Shown in pieces: positions 8,899-19,436 of a stretch of DNA of 64,000 nt. Both the position numbers and the translations under genes were made by a program. Position 1 is the first letter of the stretch. Each line of letters begins with the position of its first letter. The notes beneath the pieces were generated by a model that was not told the origin of the DNA, ran no database searches, and was given only the letters and a program-made list of their open reading frames with translations. Origin of the DNA: a bacterium (lineage in GTDB: Bacteria; Patescibacteriota; Minisyncoccia; Moranbacterales; UBA2206); the NCBI GenBank assembly GCA_021777675.1, contig JAJYDG010000001.1:4997-68996 (forward strand). The letters run 5' to 3'.

Positions 8899-11514
8899 AT
8901 GCGCAATCGTTTTTTTTCAAAAATTCACAGCATTTTCACACGAAATAACAATCCCGCTAAAAATACCGCTAATGGCTGGAAAAAAATTTTTAATTGGAAA
9001 TTTCTTCTTAAGTTTTTTGGAATTGGTTTTGGCTTAGTTGTTTTATTTATTGCAGGAGTTTTCGCTTATTTTTACAAAGAACTTCCAAATCCGGACAATA
9101 TCAATATGCGCTTTATCGCCGAATCCACCAAAATTTACGATCGCACCGGAACACATTTGCTCTATGATGTTCATGGAGAAGAAAAACGCACCCAAATTCC
9201 CTACGAACAAATGCCTGATACGCTCAAATACGCAACCATCTCACTGGAAGATCAAAATTTTTATCACCATCCGGGCATAGAATTGTCCGCTGTTGCCAGG
9301 GCGGCAATTGCCGATATTTTACATCGCGGAGCCTCGCAAGGAGCTTCAACAATAACACAGCAACTAATCAAACAATCCGTTCTTACTCCGGAAAAAACCC
9401 TTTCGAGAAAAATTAAAGAAGTAATTCTTTCTCTTGAGCTGGAGAGAAAATTTTCTAAAAATGAAATTTTGGCAATGTATCTCAATCAAATCCCCTACGG
9501 ATCAAATGCTTATGGAGTCGAGGCTGCTGCGCAAACTTTTTTTGGAAAACACGCCAAAGACCTTACTTTAGACGAATCAGCAATGCTAGCTTCATTGCCA
9601 CAGGCACCCTCCTACTATTCTCCCTACGGAAACCACAAGGACGCACTGAAAGGTCGCCAAGAATATGCCCTGAATCAAATGGCTAAACTTGGCTATATTA
9701 CTCAAGATCAAGCTAATCAAGCAAAAAGCGTTGATATTTTCGCCAAAATAAAACAAAGTTCTGAAAATATTTCCGCCCCTCATTTTGTAATGTATGTTAA
9801 AGAATACTTGGAAAAAAAATATGGCACACAAACAGTGGAACAGGGGGGATTAAAAGTTTATACAACACTAGATTGGGATAAGCAACAAATTGCCGAAAAA
9901 GCCGTTGCTGACGGAGCTGACAAAAACTCCAAACTCTATAATTCGGGAAATGCGGCTCTTGTCGCAATGGATCCAAAAACAGGACAGATCTTAGCTATGG
10001 TTGGCAGTAAAAGCTATTTCAAGCCAAGCGAACCCACCGGTTGCACGCCAGGAAAAAATTGCGTTTTTGAACCAAATGTTAATATTGCAACTGCGCTGTT
10101 GCAGCCAGGATCATCCTTTAAGCCCTATGTCTATCTCACTGCTTTTGAAAAAGGTTACACCCCGGAAACAAATATTTGGGATGTTGACACTAATTTCAGC
10201 ACCGACAGCGGAGCCGTCTATGATCCAAAAAATTATGACGGAAAAAATAGTGGCCTTATGCAAATGAAAGACGCGCTTGCCAGATCATTAAATGTTCCAT
10301 CCGTCAAGACGCTTTATCTTGCTGGAGTAAAAGATTCTATTGCTACGGCTCATAAAATGGGCATTACAACCCTTAATCAGCCAGATAGCTATGGACTCTC
10401 TTTGGTGCTTGGCGGAGGAGAGGTAAAATTACTTGATCATGTTAATGCCTTTTCTACATTTGCCACTGATGGTTTTCATCATGACACAACAGCAATTTTA
10501 CGCATTGAAGATAGTAAGGGCAATATTCTGGAAAAATACACTCAAAATGATGGGGAAAAAGTGGTGGATGAAAAATATATCGCAATGATTGATTATATTC
10601 TTTCCACAAACAGCCTTCGAGCGCCTGTTTTTGGAGACAAAAATCCGCTTAGTTTTGATAATCGTCCGGTTGCCGCAAAAACAGGAACCACTAATGATTG
10701 GCGAGATGGTTGGACAATTGGCTATACCCCTTCTATTGCTGTTGGGGTTTGGGCAGGTAATAATGATCACTCCAAAATGAAACCGGGAGCCGATGGAATA
10801 TTTGTTGCCGCACCAATTTGGCGCAGTTTTATGGATCAAGTCTTATCAAACTACGCAGTTGAACAATTTCCCACCTACACACCAGAAACAACAGGAAAGG
10901 ATGTTTTAGACGGAAAACTAGAAATGAAAAAAGAATTAAAGGTTTGCAAAATTCCAGGAACTAAAAATGATTATTGCTTAGCAACTTCCGCTTGTCCTAA
11001 TAGTGAGGTGGAAAAAAAGAAATTTTCCGATGCGCATAGTATTCTTTATTATGTCAACAAAGACGATCCTCGTGGCAATCCACCAAAAGATCCCTCAACC
11101 GACCCACAATTTAATAATTGGGAAACCGGTGTTACTAACTGGCTAAAGGATAATAAATACTCAACCGATCCAATTCCAACTGATGATTGTAAATCAAAAG
11201 ATTTTTCAAAATACAATCTTCAAATAGATTCTATTTCTCCTTCTGATGGGCAAACAGTAACATCATCACCACTCAACATATCCGTTAAAATCAATGCTCC
11301 ATATGGAGTTAAAAATGCCTCAATAAGCGTTGATGGATCAACAATTGCTTCTCAGGGCTCTGATTCTTTTGGTGCATCCTATTCCATTCCGGATAGCAAA
11401 AAAAATTCCAGCATAACTATTAGCGTTAATGCAACAGATAATAATGGAAATTCAGACTCAAAAAGCGTTAAAGTTAATATCAACATTCCGACATCAACAG
11501 TAACTACACCATAG
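8899..11514 (+). CDS. mrcA: class A penicillin-binding protein (PBP1A; transglycosylase + transpeptidase) with C-terminal Ig-like repeats
   Basis: N-terminal TM, GT51 motifs (…ISLEDQNFYHHPGIEL…RGASQGASTITQQL…) and transpeptidase SxxK/KTGT (…AAKTGTTNDWRDGW…); 871 aa. Confidence 0.9.
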   Translation: MRNRFFSKIHSIFTRNNNPAKNTANGWKKIFNWKFLLKFFGIGFGLVVLFIAGVFAYFYKELPNPDNINMRFIAESTKIYDRTGTHLLYDVHGEEKRTQIPYEQMPDTLKYATISLEDQNFYHHPGIELSAVARAAIADILHRGASQGASTITQQLIKQSVLTPEKTLSRKIKEVILSLELERKFSKNEILAMYLNQIPYGSNAYGVEAAAQTFFGKHAKDLTLDESAMLASLPQAPSYYSPYGNHKDALKGRQEYALNQMAKLGYITQDQANQAKSVDIFAKIKQSSENISAPHFVMYVKEYLEKKYGTQTVEQGGLKVYTTLDWDKQQIAEKAVADGADKNSKLYNSGNAALVAMDPKTGQILAMVGSKSYFKPSEPTGCTPGKNCVFEPNVNIATALLQPGSSFKPYVYLTAFEKGYTPETNIWDVDTNFSTDSGAVYDPKNYDGKNSGLMQMKDALARSLNVPSVKTLYLAGVKDSIATAHKMGITTLNQPDSYGLSLVLGGGEVKLLDHVNAFSTFATDGFHHDTTAILRIEDSKGNILEKYTQNDGEKVVDEKYIAMIDYILSTNSLRAPVFGDKNPLSFDNRPVAAKTGTTNDWRDGWTIGYTPSIAVGVWAGNNDHSKMKPGADGIFVAAPIWRSFMDQVLSNYAVEQFPTYTPETTGKDVLDGKLEMKKELKVCKIPGTKNDYCLATSACPNSEVEKKKFSDAHSILYYVNKDDPRGNPPKDPSTDPQFNNWETGVTNWLKDNKYSTDPIPTDDCKSKDFSKYNLQIDSISPSDGQTVTSSPLNISVKINAPYGVKNASISVDGSTIASQGSDSFGASYSIPDSKKNSSITISVNATDNNGNSDSKSVKVNINIPTSTVTTP

Positions 11515-11531
11515 AAATAGATTTTTTTATT

Positions 11532-11813
11532 TTATTTCAACTTAATTTTTTCAACCGTATCATCTCCAATTTCTTTATTGATTAGTTTTATAATCTTTCC
11601 TTGATTGGACCAAAGTTCACTAGCCCAAGTCGCACTTTCTGCTTTAATGAAAAGTGTTTTATTGGCAAAATAATCCGGAATAAATTTTTCCATACCCAAA
11701 TTACCAAATTCAATACGAATTATTTTTTTAAACACAAAAAAGATTGTCTCACTATCAACTACAACTTTCTTTTCAAAGCTTTTTTTATTTAGGATTTCTT
11801 TTAGCGCTCTCAT
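11532..11813 (-). CDS. DUF721 / DciA-like protein downstream of dnaN
   Basis: 93-aa protein immediately 3' of dnaN on the same strand; DUF721 (DciA) proteins characteristically sit in the dnaA-dnaN-recF neighbourhood; sequence MRALKEILNKK…WASELW… fits this small family. Confidence 0.55.
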   Translation of the reverse strand: MRALKEILNKKSFEKKVVVDSETIFFVFKKIIRIEFGNLGMEKFIPDYFANKTLFIKAESATWASELWSNQGKIIKLINKEIGDDTVEKIKLK

Positions 11814-11823
11814 TTCACTAAAT

Positions 11824-12987
11824 TTAGTTTTTTATTGGCATAACTATATAAGTAAAACCATCAACAAAACTTTTTTTATCCGGAAGCACTTCTTTTAGTG
11901 CCACAGGTGAAGAATCGCTATTTGCCAATAAAGCTAAGTTTTCAGTGGCAATTACATTAATTCCATCTAATAAGTATTTTAAATTAAAAACAATATTCTG
12001 AGACTCTCCATGAGCTTCAAATTTAACTTCTGTTGAGTTTTCACCAGTCTCAGCACTAATTGTATCAATAAAAACGGTCATCGCTTGTGTGTCAATTTTC
12101 AACACAACTTCTCGTGATTTTCCATCAGCAAAAACACTCGCCATTTTTAAAGCGTTTTGTAATATTTTTTTTTCTCCAATAATTGTTGTTTTGTATTTTT
12201 CCGGCATAATATGCTTATATTCCGGATATTTTCCATTAATCAGGCGGGAAACAATCTTAATTCCATCCAGTTCAAAAAAAATCTGGCCATCTTCGATAAA
12301 AACATTTACTAAAACATTATTCTCAAATCCATTGGAAATAATTTTATTTAATTCCAATAATGTATTCAATGGGATAATAATATTACTATTTTTAGCAAAA
12401 AAATCAGCATAATAATTGTCATTAATATTAAACTCTTTCAACATTAAAAAACGTTCAGACAAACGAAACCCATCTGTAGCGGCAAAAGCTATTTTATCCG
12501 CAAAAAAAACAACGTTTACACCGGATAATTCTTGTCTTGCGTCATTATGCGCTACAGAAACAATAATTTTATTAAAAATATCTTTTAATTTCAAAACAGA
12601 AATTCCAAAAACAAAATCAGTATTTTTTTGTGGAATTAAAGGAAATTCATCAGAAGAAAATCCTTTAATATTAGCTTTTGTCAAGCCATTTTTAATTTTA
12701 AGATTATATCCATCAACCTCAATATCAATATTCTCTCCTCCAATAAGATTGGTGGAAAAATTACCAAGAAGCTTAGCTGGAATAGCAATACTTCCTTCTT
12801 TCTCAACTTTCGCTCCTATTTTTATTTTTATACCTATTTCCAAATTTGTCGCAATAATATTTAAAAAACCTTTTTCCGCTTCCAATAATATATTATTTAA
12901 AATCGGTAAAGTGTTTTGTTTTGAAACAATATGTTCAGCGTTGTTTATGGCTTTTTTAAAATTTTCTTGGGTACAAGTTAATTTCAT
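11824..12987 (-). CDS. dnaN: DNA polymerase III beta sliding clamp
   Basis: MKLTCTQENFKKAINNAEHIVSKQNTLPILNNILLEAEKGFLNIIATNLE… canonical DnaN N-terminus; 387 aa; downstream of dnaA. Confidence 0.9.
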   Translation of the reverse strand: MKLTCTQENFKKAINNAEHIVSKQNTLPILNNILLEAEKGFLNIIATNLEIGIKIKIGAKVEKEGSIAIPAKLLGNFSTNLIGGENIDIEVDGYNLKIKNGLTKANIKGFSSDEFPLIPQKNTDFVFGISVLKLKDIFNKIIVSVAHNDARQELSGVNVVFFADKIAFAATDGFRLSERFLMLKEFNINDNYYADFFAKNSNIIIPLNTLLELNKIISNGFENNVLVNVFIEDGQIFFELDGIKIVSRLINGKYPEYKHIMPEKYKTTIIGEKKILQNALKMASVFADGKSREVVLKIDTQAMTVFIDTISAETGENSTEVKFEAHGESQNIVFNLKYLLDGINVIATENLALLANSDSSPVALKEVLPDKKSFVDGFTYIVMPIKN

Positions 12988-13262
12988 ATGAGTAGAGTGA
13001 TTAATTAAATTATTTATAAATATATAAAATTGATATTACTATTACTATAAAATAGATAGTTGTGGATAAATAGATATTTTATTTTTAAATGGTTGATTTA
13101 ACTTTTTTTATCTTGTGGATAATTTATGTTTTATTTGAAATTGATGCGTGGATAATTTTATGTGATGAATTTATTTTAATTTATTTTGACAGGGAATTAA
13201 CAGTATATAATATTAATTTTTGATGTTTTTACAGGGTTTTTAAATAGGATATTAACAGGTTA
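12988..13262. other. probable oriC: AT-rich dnaA-dnaN intergenic region with DnaA boxes
   Basis: perfect DnaA boxes TTATCCACA (as TGTGGATAA) at 13061-13069 and 13114-13122, a 8/9 box at 13147-13155 (CGTGGATAA), plus extremely AT-rich stretch 13010-13060 (candidate DUE). Confidence 0.6.
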
Positions 13263-14675
13263 TCAGACTATTTTATATAATTGTTCTTGTATGGTGATTA
13301 TTTCTTTTTGTAATTTCTCATCTGTGAGTAATAATTTGGTTATTTTTTCGTATGCATGAATAGCTGTCGTATGATCTCGCCCACCCATTTTTTCTCCAAT
13401 ACCAGGAAAGGAAAATTCCAATTCGTTGCGCAAAAGATACATAACCACTTGCCTTGGTTTAACAATTTCTTTTTTGCGGTTTTTTGCAATCAAATCATCC
13501 GGATTTATTTCATAAAAAGAAGATACGGTTTTGATTATATGTTTATGTGTGACGCCTTTCTTTTTTCCGCTTGAAATTATTTCTGATAATTGTCCGACGG
13601 CAAAATCTTTGGTTATTTCCGCATTAGTTAGTTGAGACGCAACTATTATGCGATTTAAAGCACCTTCTAGTTCTCGAATATTGTTTTTAATGTTTGTGGC
13701 AATAAAGAGCAGTGTTTCGTCGTTGATTTGAATGTTTTCAGTAAAAGCTTTTTTCTTAAGAATGGCTATTCTTGTTTCCAGGTCAGGATTGGAAACATCA
13801 GCAATCATTCCTCCTTCAAAACGCGATCTTAAGCGTTCCTCCAGAATTTGTATTTCTTTGGGTGGTCGGTCGCTACTTAGAACGATTTGTTTGTTAAGCT
13901 GATAAAGATAATTAAAAATATGAAAAAATTCTTCTTGAGTTTTTTCTTTGCCGGAAATAAATTGAATATCATCAATAATGAGAATGTCTATTTTTTGGTA
14001 ATATTCCTTGAATTCATTAATTTTTTGGTTTTGTAGAGCATCAATCAGTGTTGCGGTAAATCTTTCTGATGTAATATATTTTACGCGAAAGTTGGGATCT
14101 CTTTTTAGAATCTCATTACCAATTGATTGGATAAGGTGAGTTTTCCCCAGACCTACTCCGCCATAAAGAAAAAGAGGGTTGTAAATTTTTCCCAAATTTT
14201 GTGAAACAGCAAAGCAAGCGGCGCGAGCTAATTCATTATTTCCTCCAACGACAAAGTTTTCGAAAGTGTATTTTGGATTAAGGTTATTTTCAATGTTTAT
14301 CTGTTGAATTGGCTGGGTGGAATAAGTGGGATTTATAACAGTAGTCTTTTGGTTTTGTGTGATTTGATGTTGTTTTTGTGGGGCAACAATAGCATCAACC
14401 ATCGCTTCTCTGCGCAAAACAGTGTCTTTTGGTGTTGCGATAACGCAAGAAATTGAGCGAATGTCGTTTTGTAGGTTCTTTAAGGAATGTAAAATGTGGG
14501 AATTAAATTTGTTTTCTAGCCATTCTTTAGCAAAACCGTTGGGAACGCTAATGGTAATGTGTCCATTTATGTTCGATTGTATGGATGTTTGCTTAAACCA
14601 TGTGATAAAATTAGCTCTAGAAATAGAAAGTTCTATTTCTGAAAGGGCAGCTTGCCACAATTCTTCATTAGTCAT
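13263..14675 (-). CDS. dnaA: chromosomal replication initiator DnaA
   Basis: ORF track 13263-14846; likely start ATG at 14675 (MTNEELWQAALSEIELSISRANFITWF…); Walker A GGVGLGKTHL, DnaA signature and C-terminal DNA-binding domain. Confidence 0.9.
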   Translation of the reverse strand: MTNEELWQAALSEIELSISRANFITWFKQTSIQSNINGHITISVPNGFAKEWLENKFNSHILHSLKNLQNDIRSISCVIATPKDTVLRREAMVDAIVAPQKQHQITQNQKTTVINPTYSTQPIQQINIENNLNPKYTFENFVVGGNNELARAACFAVSQNLGKIYNPLFLYGGVGLGKTHLIQSIGNEILKRDPNFRVKYITSERFTATLIDALQNQKINEFKEYYQKIDILIIDDIQFISGKEKTQEEFFHIFNYLYQLNKQIVLSSDRPPKEIQILEERLRSRFEGGMIADVSNPDLETRIAILKKKAFTENIQINDETLLFIATNIKNNIRELEGALNRIIVASQLTNAEITKDFAVGQLSEIISSGKKKGVTHKHIIKTVSSFYEINPDDLIAKNRKKEIVKPRQVVMYLLRNELEFSFPGIGEKMGGRDHTTAIHAYEKITKLLLTDEKLQKEIITIQEQLYKIV

Positions 14676-14894
14676 TTTGTTTAATAAAAGAATTAGCGTT
14701 TTAATTTGTCCCCTTGAGAAAAAGTATAGCATAAGAAAAAAATAAATAATAAGTTGATAGCGGATAATATTGTGTATAAGCTGTGGATTGGTGTGGATAA
14801 TCGTATTTATTCCAAGGTGGCAGGTTTTAATGTTAGTGCTTGACAAAAAAAATGGCTATGCTAGACTTTTCAGTCAATATTAATTATCTAATAA
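14676..14894. promoter_or_regulatory. dnaA upstream region with DnaA box(es) (autoregulation / origin flank)
   Basis: perfect DnaA box TGTGGATAA at 14792-14800 and a degenerate copy (CTGTGGATT) at 14781-14789 upstream of the dnaA start. Confidence 0.45.
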
Positions 14895-14903
14895 GTGATA
14901 AAT

Positions 14904-15857
14904 ATGAAGCCAAATCTAAATGAAATTAATTGGAAAAGAGTGTTTATTGTTTTCGCGCTTTTAGCAATTTCATTGCCTTTTTTCAGCTTTGCCGGACATA
15001 ATAAAAAAATTTATGTTGATTCTAATGCGGGAAGTGAGCAAGATGGTAGCTTGACGCATCCCTATAAAACAATCGGAAAAGCGCTGGAAAAAGCCAAGGA
15101 TAATACGGAAATTCATATAAGCAATGGAACATATAAGGAAAATTTGGAAATCCCGAGCGGAGTCGATATTTATGGTCAAAATAGCGATAAAACAATTATA
15201 AAAGCAAGAAATGGAGGTAAAGCTGTTATTTCGCTTAAGGGAAGCGCCAAATTGGTTGACTTAACAATAAGAGAGGGAAAAAATGGGATTAAAATTGCCA
15301 ACGCCGGACGAGTAAAGATATTCAGTTGTAATATTGAAAAAAATGATGATGATGGAATCTTGATTTATTCCGGATCCAGCAAGCGAAGCATTGAAGATAA
15401 TAATCAAGTAATGCTTAGCCAGGTAAAAATCGATCACAATGGAAAAGCAGGGATATATAGCGAAAAAAGAAGCCTGATTATTTATAAAAGCAATATCTCG
15501 GACAATAAAAGCGACGGAGTTTCTTTTGCTTCCGGCGTAAAGGCGTGGATTGGATCAAGTACTTTTGTATCTAATTCCGGCAGTGGAGTGGCTGTAGTTT
15601 TGGATGGAGCGCAAATTTATACCAAAAACAATGTTTATTCCAACAACAAACGAGAGGGTATTGAAATTGTCGCTTATGGTGCTGGTGGTCGAATTGATAT
15701 TAATAAATCAAAAATAAGAAATAATGGGAATTATGGCATATCTCGTGTGGATAAAAAAGCCGTAAATCAAGGAATATGGGGCGGGCTAACTGTTGAAAAT
15801 ACGACTTATCTTTATACAAACAAGGGGCAACTTTCTCCTATCTTTAGAATTTATTAA
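14904..15857 (+). CDS. secreted right-handed parallel beta-helix repeat protein
   Basis: signal peptide then repeated …NG.Y.E.L.I… / …N.I..N..DGI.I… beta-helix repeat segments (ORF track start 14895 is a GTG; ATG at 14904). Confidence 0.6.
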   Translation: MKPNLNEINWKRVFIVFALLAISLPFFSFAGHNKKIYVDSNAGSEQDGSLTHPYKTIGKALEKAKDNTEIHISNGTYKENLEIPSGVDIYGQNSDKTIIKARNGGKAVISLKGSAKLVDLTIREGKNGIKIANAGRVKIFSCNIEKNDDDGILIYSGSSKRSIEDNNQVMLSQVKIDHNGKAGIYSEKRSLIIYKSNISDNKSDGVSFASGVKAWIGSSTFVSNSGSGVAVVLDGAQIYTKNNVYSNNKREGIEIVAYGAGGRIDINKSKIRNNGNYGISRVDKKAVNQGIWGGLTVENTTYLYTNKGQLSPIFRIY

Positions 15858-15879
15858 AGCGATTTTTTTATAATAAATT

Positions 15880-16794
15880 ATGAGCAACCGACAAATTTGG
15901 GGCAAAAAAATTGGTATTGGAGCAGTTTTGTTTTTTGCGATATTGATTTTCAATATTAACAAAAATAGCGTCTATGAATCAGAAATAAACGTTTTGGTTT
16001 TGCCAAAAAATGAATTGCTTGCAAAAGAAACTGATTTGATTAGGGGAAATTTCAAGCAAATAATGCAATCATTGGCTTTTTGTGATGAAGTGGCGCAACA
16101 AAATGAAAGTCTTTCTGTTATGCAAGATTTATCAAACTATAAAAGAAAAGAATTTTGCAATTCCAAGCTGGAAGTTTCTCTGGTGGAAAAAACCGCAATA
16201 ATTAGCGTGAAAAATTTTGATAAAAATAGCACTTTAGCGCGAGAACTGAATTCTGATACGGTAGAAAAGCTTATTGCATCTGCAGGAAAATATTACAATA
16301 TAAATACTGATATGGAATTGCGAATCATAGACGGACCGATTATTAAGTTGGATAGTTTTCGAAATAGTCTTTGGATTTTTGAGGAAAGTCTTTTTTTGAC
16401 GTTGGTTGTTTGCGTAGGATTATTTTTTTTAGTCCCCTTTATTTTTATCAAAAAGAAAAAAACAAACTTGCCGATTTTGAAAAATAAGTTTTCTTCAAAA
16501 ACGCCACTTGAAAAAATGGTAGCCATTTTTCCCGAAACAGAAAATTATTTTTCCGATAAAAAATTTTTTCCAACAAAAAAAGTCGAGCCATCTGTCGGAA
16601 AAAAAGCCCCAATACCGGTTAATTTGCCTGTAAATGAAGAAACTGTTCCGGATATTTTTCTCGATAAAAAAGCTTTTGTTAAAAATGATATGTTGGAAAA
16701 AAAAGAAAATGAAAGCGAGGATTATATTTCTCGTGAGGCTACTTCCGATGAAGTTAAGGAAAGATTGAATAAACTACTTCGTGGCGGAAAATAA
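15880..16794 (+). CDS. membrane protein, two-TM Wzz-like topology, hypothetical
   Basis: N-terminal TM (…GAVLFFAILIFNI…), ~150 aa hydrophilic domain, second TM (…LTLVVCVGLFFLVPFIFI…), charged C-terminal tail; no clear motif. Confidence 0.5.
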   Translation: MSNRQIWGKKIGIGAVLFFAILIFNINKNSVYESEINVLVLPKNELLAKETDLIRGNFKQIMQSLAFCDEVAQQNESLSVMQDLSNYKRKEFCNSKLEVSLVEKTAIISVKNFDKNSTLARELNSDTVEKLIASAGKYYNINTDMELRIIDGPIIKLDSFRNSLWIFEESLFLTLVVCVGLFFLVPFIFIKKKKTNLPILKNKFSSKTPLEKMVAIFPETENYFSDKKFFPTKKVEPSVGKKAPIPVNLPVNEETVPDIFLDKKAFVKNDMLEKKENESEDYISREATSDEVKERLNKLLRGGK

Positions 16795-16837
16795 AAAATC
16801 AGAAATATTTTTAATAAGAATCATATTTTTATGCTTT

Positions 16838-17035
16838 CTAGATTCCGTATGCCGAAGTTAGAGTTTTGAGAAAAAATGGAATAGCAAAAGCAAGTCCGAG
16901 TAATGGAAGAACAATAGTGCCGATGGTAATTATCATTGTCCAGAAAAAATATTTGCGCATTTTTTCAATTGAGATGTAGATTTGATCAAGTTTTTTATCT
17001 TGTTCGGCTAGTTTTTGAGCGATTTCTTGGTCCAT
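16838..17035 (-). CDS. small membrane protein (65 aa), hypothetical
   Basis: charged N-terminus followed by a single long hydrophobic helix; sits between two real genes. Confidence 0.35.
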   Translation of the reverse strand: MDQEIAQKLAEQDKKLDQIYISIEKMRKYFFWTMIITIGTIVLPLLGLAFAIPFFLKTLTSAYGI

Positions 17036-17073
17036 AAATTTTTTTTAAATTAAAATTAAGCAGAGTGTTTTTT

Positions 17074-18363
17074 TTATTCTATCCCCAGAGGCAAATCTTT
17101 AATAATTTCCGGCGCGGGCAATTCTTGGACTTTATTTAATTTTTTTTCAATTGTGCGGCTTTTTTTTGTTGCCAAATCAATGTTGTCGCTAGCCTCCCTT
17201 AATTTTTTATTGGTTTTCTCCAGGATATCGCCAAAAGTGGTGAATTCCTTTTTAATTGAGCCTAAGAGCGTCCAGACTTCACCGGATCTTTTTTCAATAG
17301 CAAGCGTGCGAAATCCCATTTGCAAACTATTAAGAATAGCGGCGATGGTAGTTGGTCCTGTTATGATTACTTTATAATCTCTTTGCAATGTATCAGCTAA
17401 TCCCGGTCTGCGTAGCACTTCTGCATAAAGGCTTTCAATCGGTAGAAATAAAATGCCAAAATCAGTGGTATAGGGCGGATCAAGATATTTTTCGCGAATA
17501 TCTTTCGCTTCTGATTTAATTCTGTTTTCCAGGGCCTTTCCTAGCGCTAAAATGGAAATCGTGTCATTTTTTTCTTCGGCATCAATTAGGTTTTGAAAAT
17601 CTTCCAAAGGAAATTTGGCGTCAATCGGTAGCCAAAGATTCTTAACCTTATCATCTTTGGCGGGAATTTTAATGGCAAACTCTACGCGATCATTGGAGCC
17701 CTTTTTTGTGGCAACATTTTTTTCGTATTGTTCAATGGACATAATTTGATCAAGCAAGGTGCTTAACTGAACCTCTCCCCATGTTCCGCGAGTTTTAACG
17801 TTTTGCAAAACTTTTTTCAAATCTCCAACTCCGGTTGCAAGCGTTTGCATTTCCCCCAAGCCTTTATGCACTTGTTCCAGTCGATCACTTACAAGTTTAA
17901 ATGATTCGCTTAGGCGTTTTTCCAGGGTGGCATGCAATTTTTCATCCACTGTTTCGCGCATTTTTTCTAATTTTTCACCATTATCGCGCTGAATATTTTC
18001 CAATCTTTTTTCGATTGTTGTGCGCATGTATTCTATTTTTTTGTCATTTCTGTCGATAACCTCACTTAATTTATCGGAAAATAAAGAGAAATTTTTATTT
18101 TGCCCTTCTGTTAATGTAAAAATACGCTTATCAATTGAGTCGCCAAAATTTTTAATTGTTTTGGCGAGTTCTTCGCGTGTTTCTTTGGCGGAAAGAGAGT
18201 TGTCATTGCGATTAATTGACATTTCTTCACGCAATACCCTAGTTATTTTTTCATTTGATTCGCCAATTAAATTTGAATCAATCCCGCTTTTTCTAGAGAG
18301 CAAAATAAACAAAACAATAAGATTAATAACAAGAAAAGCAAATAAGACAATAGAAATGGTCAT
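17074..18363 (-). CDS. rmuC: DNA recombination protein RmuC
   Basis: N-terminal TM, long coiled-coil region and C-terminal …ITGPTTIAAILNSLQMGFRTLAIEKRSGEVW… RmuC domain. Confidence 0.8.
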   Translation of the reverse strand: MTISIVLFAFLVINLIVLFILLSRKSGIDSNLIGESNEKITRVLREEMSINRNDNSLSAKETREELAKTIKNFGDSIDKRIFTLTEGQNKNFSLFSDKLSEVIDRNDKKIEYMRTTIEKRLENIQRDNGEKLEKMRETVDEKLHATLEKRLSESFKLVSDRLEQVHKGLGEMQTLATGVGDLKKVLQNVKTRGTWGEVQLSTLLDQIMSIEQYEKNVATKKGSNDRVEFAIKIPAKDDKVKNLWLPIDAKFPLEDFQNLIDAEEKNDTISILALGKALENRIKSEAKDIREKYLDPPYTTDFGILFLPIESLYAEVLRRPGLADTLQRDYKVIITGPTTIAAILNSLQMGFRTLAIEKRSGEVWTLLGSIKKEFTTFGDILEKTNKKLREASDNIDLATKKSRTIEKKLNKVQELPAPEIIKDLPLGIE

Positions 18364-18383
18364 AGTTTCAAAAATTAAATTTA

Positions 18384-19436
18384 TTATAATTTTTCAATTT
18401 CTTCTAGGAGAGCGTTGAGAATATCTTTTTCCTGAACAGATTTAATTACTTTGCCTTTTCGAAAAATTGCGCCCATGCCTTTTCCGCCAGCTACTCCGAT
18501 ATCCGCTTCTCGCGCTTCGCCAGGTCCATTAACAACACAGCCCATAACAGCAATATGCAAATCTTTATCAATATTTTTTACTACATCTTCAACCTGATTA
18601 GCTAATTTAATGAGATCAATTTGGGTTCTGCCACAAGTGGGACAACTGGTTACGGTTATGCCTTTTTTACGCAGTTTTAGCGATTTTAGAATTTCCCAAG
18701 CCACTTTCATTTCTTCAACCGGATCAGCAGTAAGGGAAACGCGCAGTGTTGCTCCAAGTCCTTCATAAAGCAAAATACCTAATCCAATGGAAGACATAAC
18801 TGTTCCGCGAAAAATTGTGCCTGCTTCCGTTATGCCAATATGCAAAGGATAGTCAACTTTTTTTGCCAAAAGACGATAAGCCTCAACCGTTCTTTCAATA
18901 TCGGAAGCCTTAAGAGAAATTAAAATATCCTTAAAATTATGTTTTTCTAGAATGCGAATATGCCGCATCGCCGATTCAACCATTCCTTGTGCCGTAACCT
19001 TGTTTTTGTATTTTTTTAAAATTTCTTTTTCCAGGGATCCGCCATTAATTCCAATACGAATTGGCACTTTATTTTTTTTGCATGCCAAGACAACCGCTTT
19101 GACTTTTTCTTCCGATCCGATATTGCCCGGATTGATTCGAACTTTATCGATACCTTGTTCGATTGTTTCCAGTGCCAGCTTATAATCAAAATGAATATCA
19201 GCCACCAAAGGAATGTGAATTTGTCTCTTAATCGTTCCAATGGCTTTGGCGGCAATCATATCAGGAACGGCAACCCGCACAATTTCACAACCGGCTTTTT
19301 CCAATGCCAATATTTGCATGACAGTCGCTTTGGTGTCGCGCGTATCGGTATTGCACATTGACTGGACGCGCACCGGATTTTTTCCGCCTAATTTATATTG
19401 ACCAACTTTAACTGTGCGAGATTGATATTTTTTCAT
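18384..19436 (-). CDS. ispG: 4-hydroxy-3-methylbut-2-en-1-yl diphosphate synthase IspG (GcpE)
   Basis: ORF track 18384-19520; likely start 19436 (MKKYQSRTVKVGQYKLGGKNPVRVQSMCNTDTRD…); C-terminal CPxCGR Fe-S motif (VTSCPTCGRTQ). Confidence 0.9.
   Translation of the reverse strand: MKKYQSRTVKVGQYKLGGKNPVRVQSMCNTDTRDTKATVMQILALEKAGCEIVRVAVPDMIAAKAIGTIKRQIHIPLVADIHFDYKLALETIEQGIDKVRINPGNIGSEEKVKAVVLACKKNKVPIRIGINGGSLEKEILKKYKNKVTAQGMVESAMRHIRILEKHNFKDILISLKASDIERTVEAYRLLAKKVDYPLHIGITEAGTIFRGTVMSSIGLGILLYEGLGATLRVSLTADPVEEMKVAWEILKSLKLRKKGITVTSCPTCGRTQIDLIKLANQVEDVVKNIDKDLHIAVMGCVVNGPGEAREADIGVAGGKGMGAIFRKGKVIKSVQEKDILNALLEEIEKL

Noticed and set aside
12089-12991. Two plus-strand ORFs (107 and 191 aa) antisense to dnaN
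   Set aside because: They lie entirely within the well-supported dnaN CDS on the opposite strand and have low-complexity translations. The same reasoning covers the other antisense ORFs in the track inside polA, gyrA, ftsH, pnp, pcrA, ispG and rmuC.
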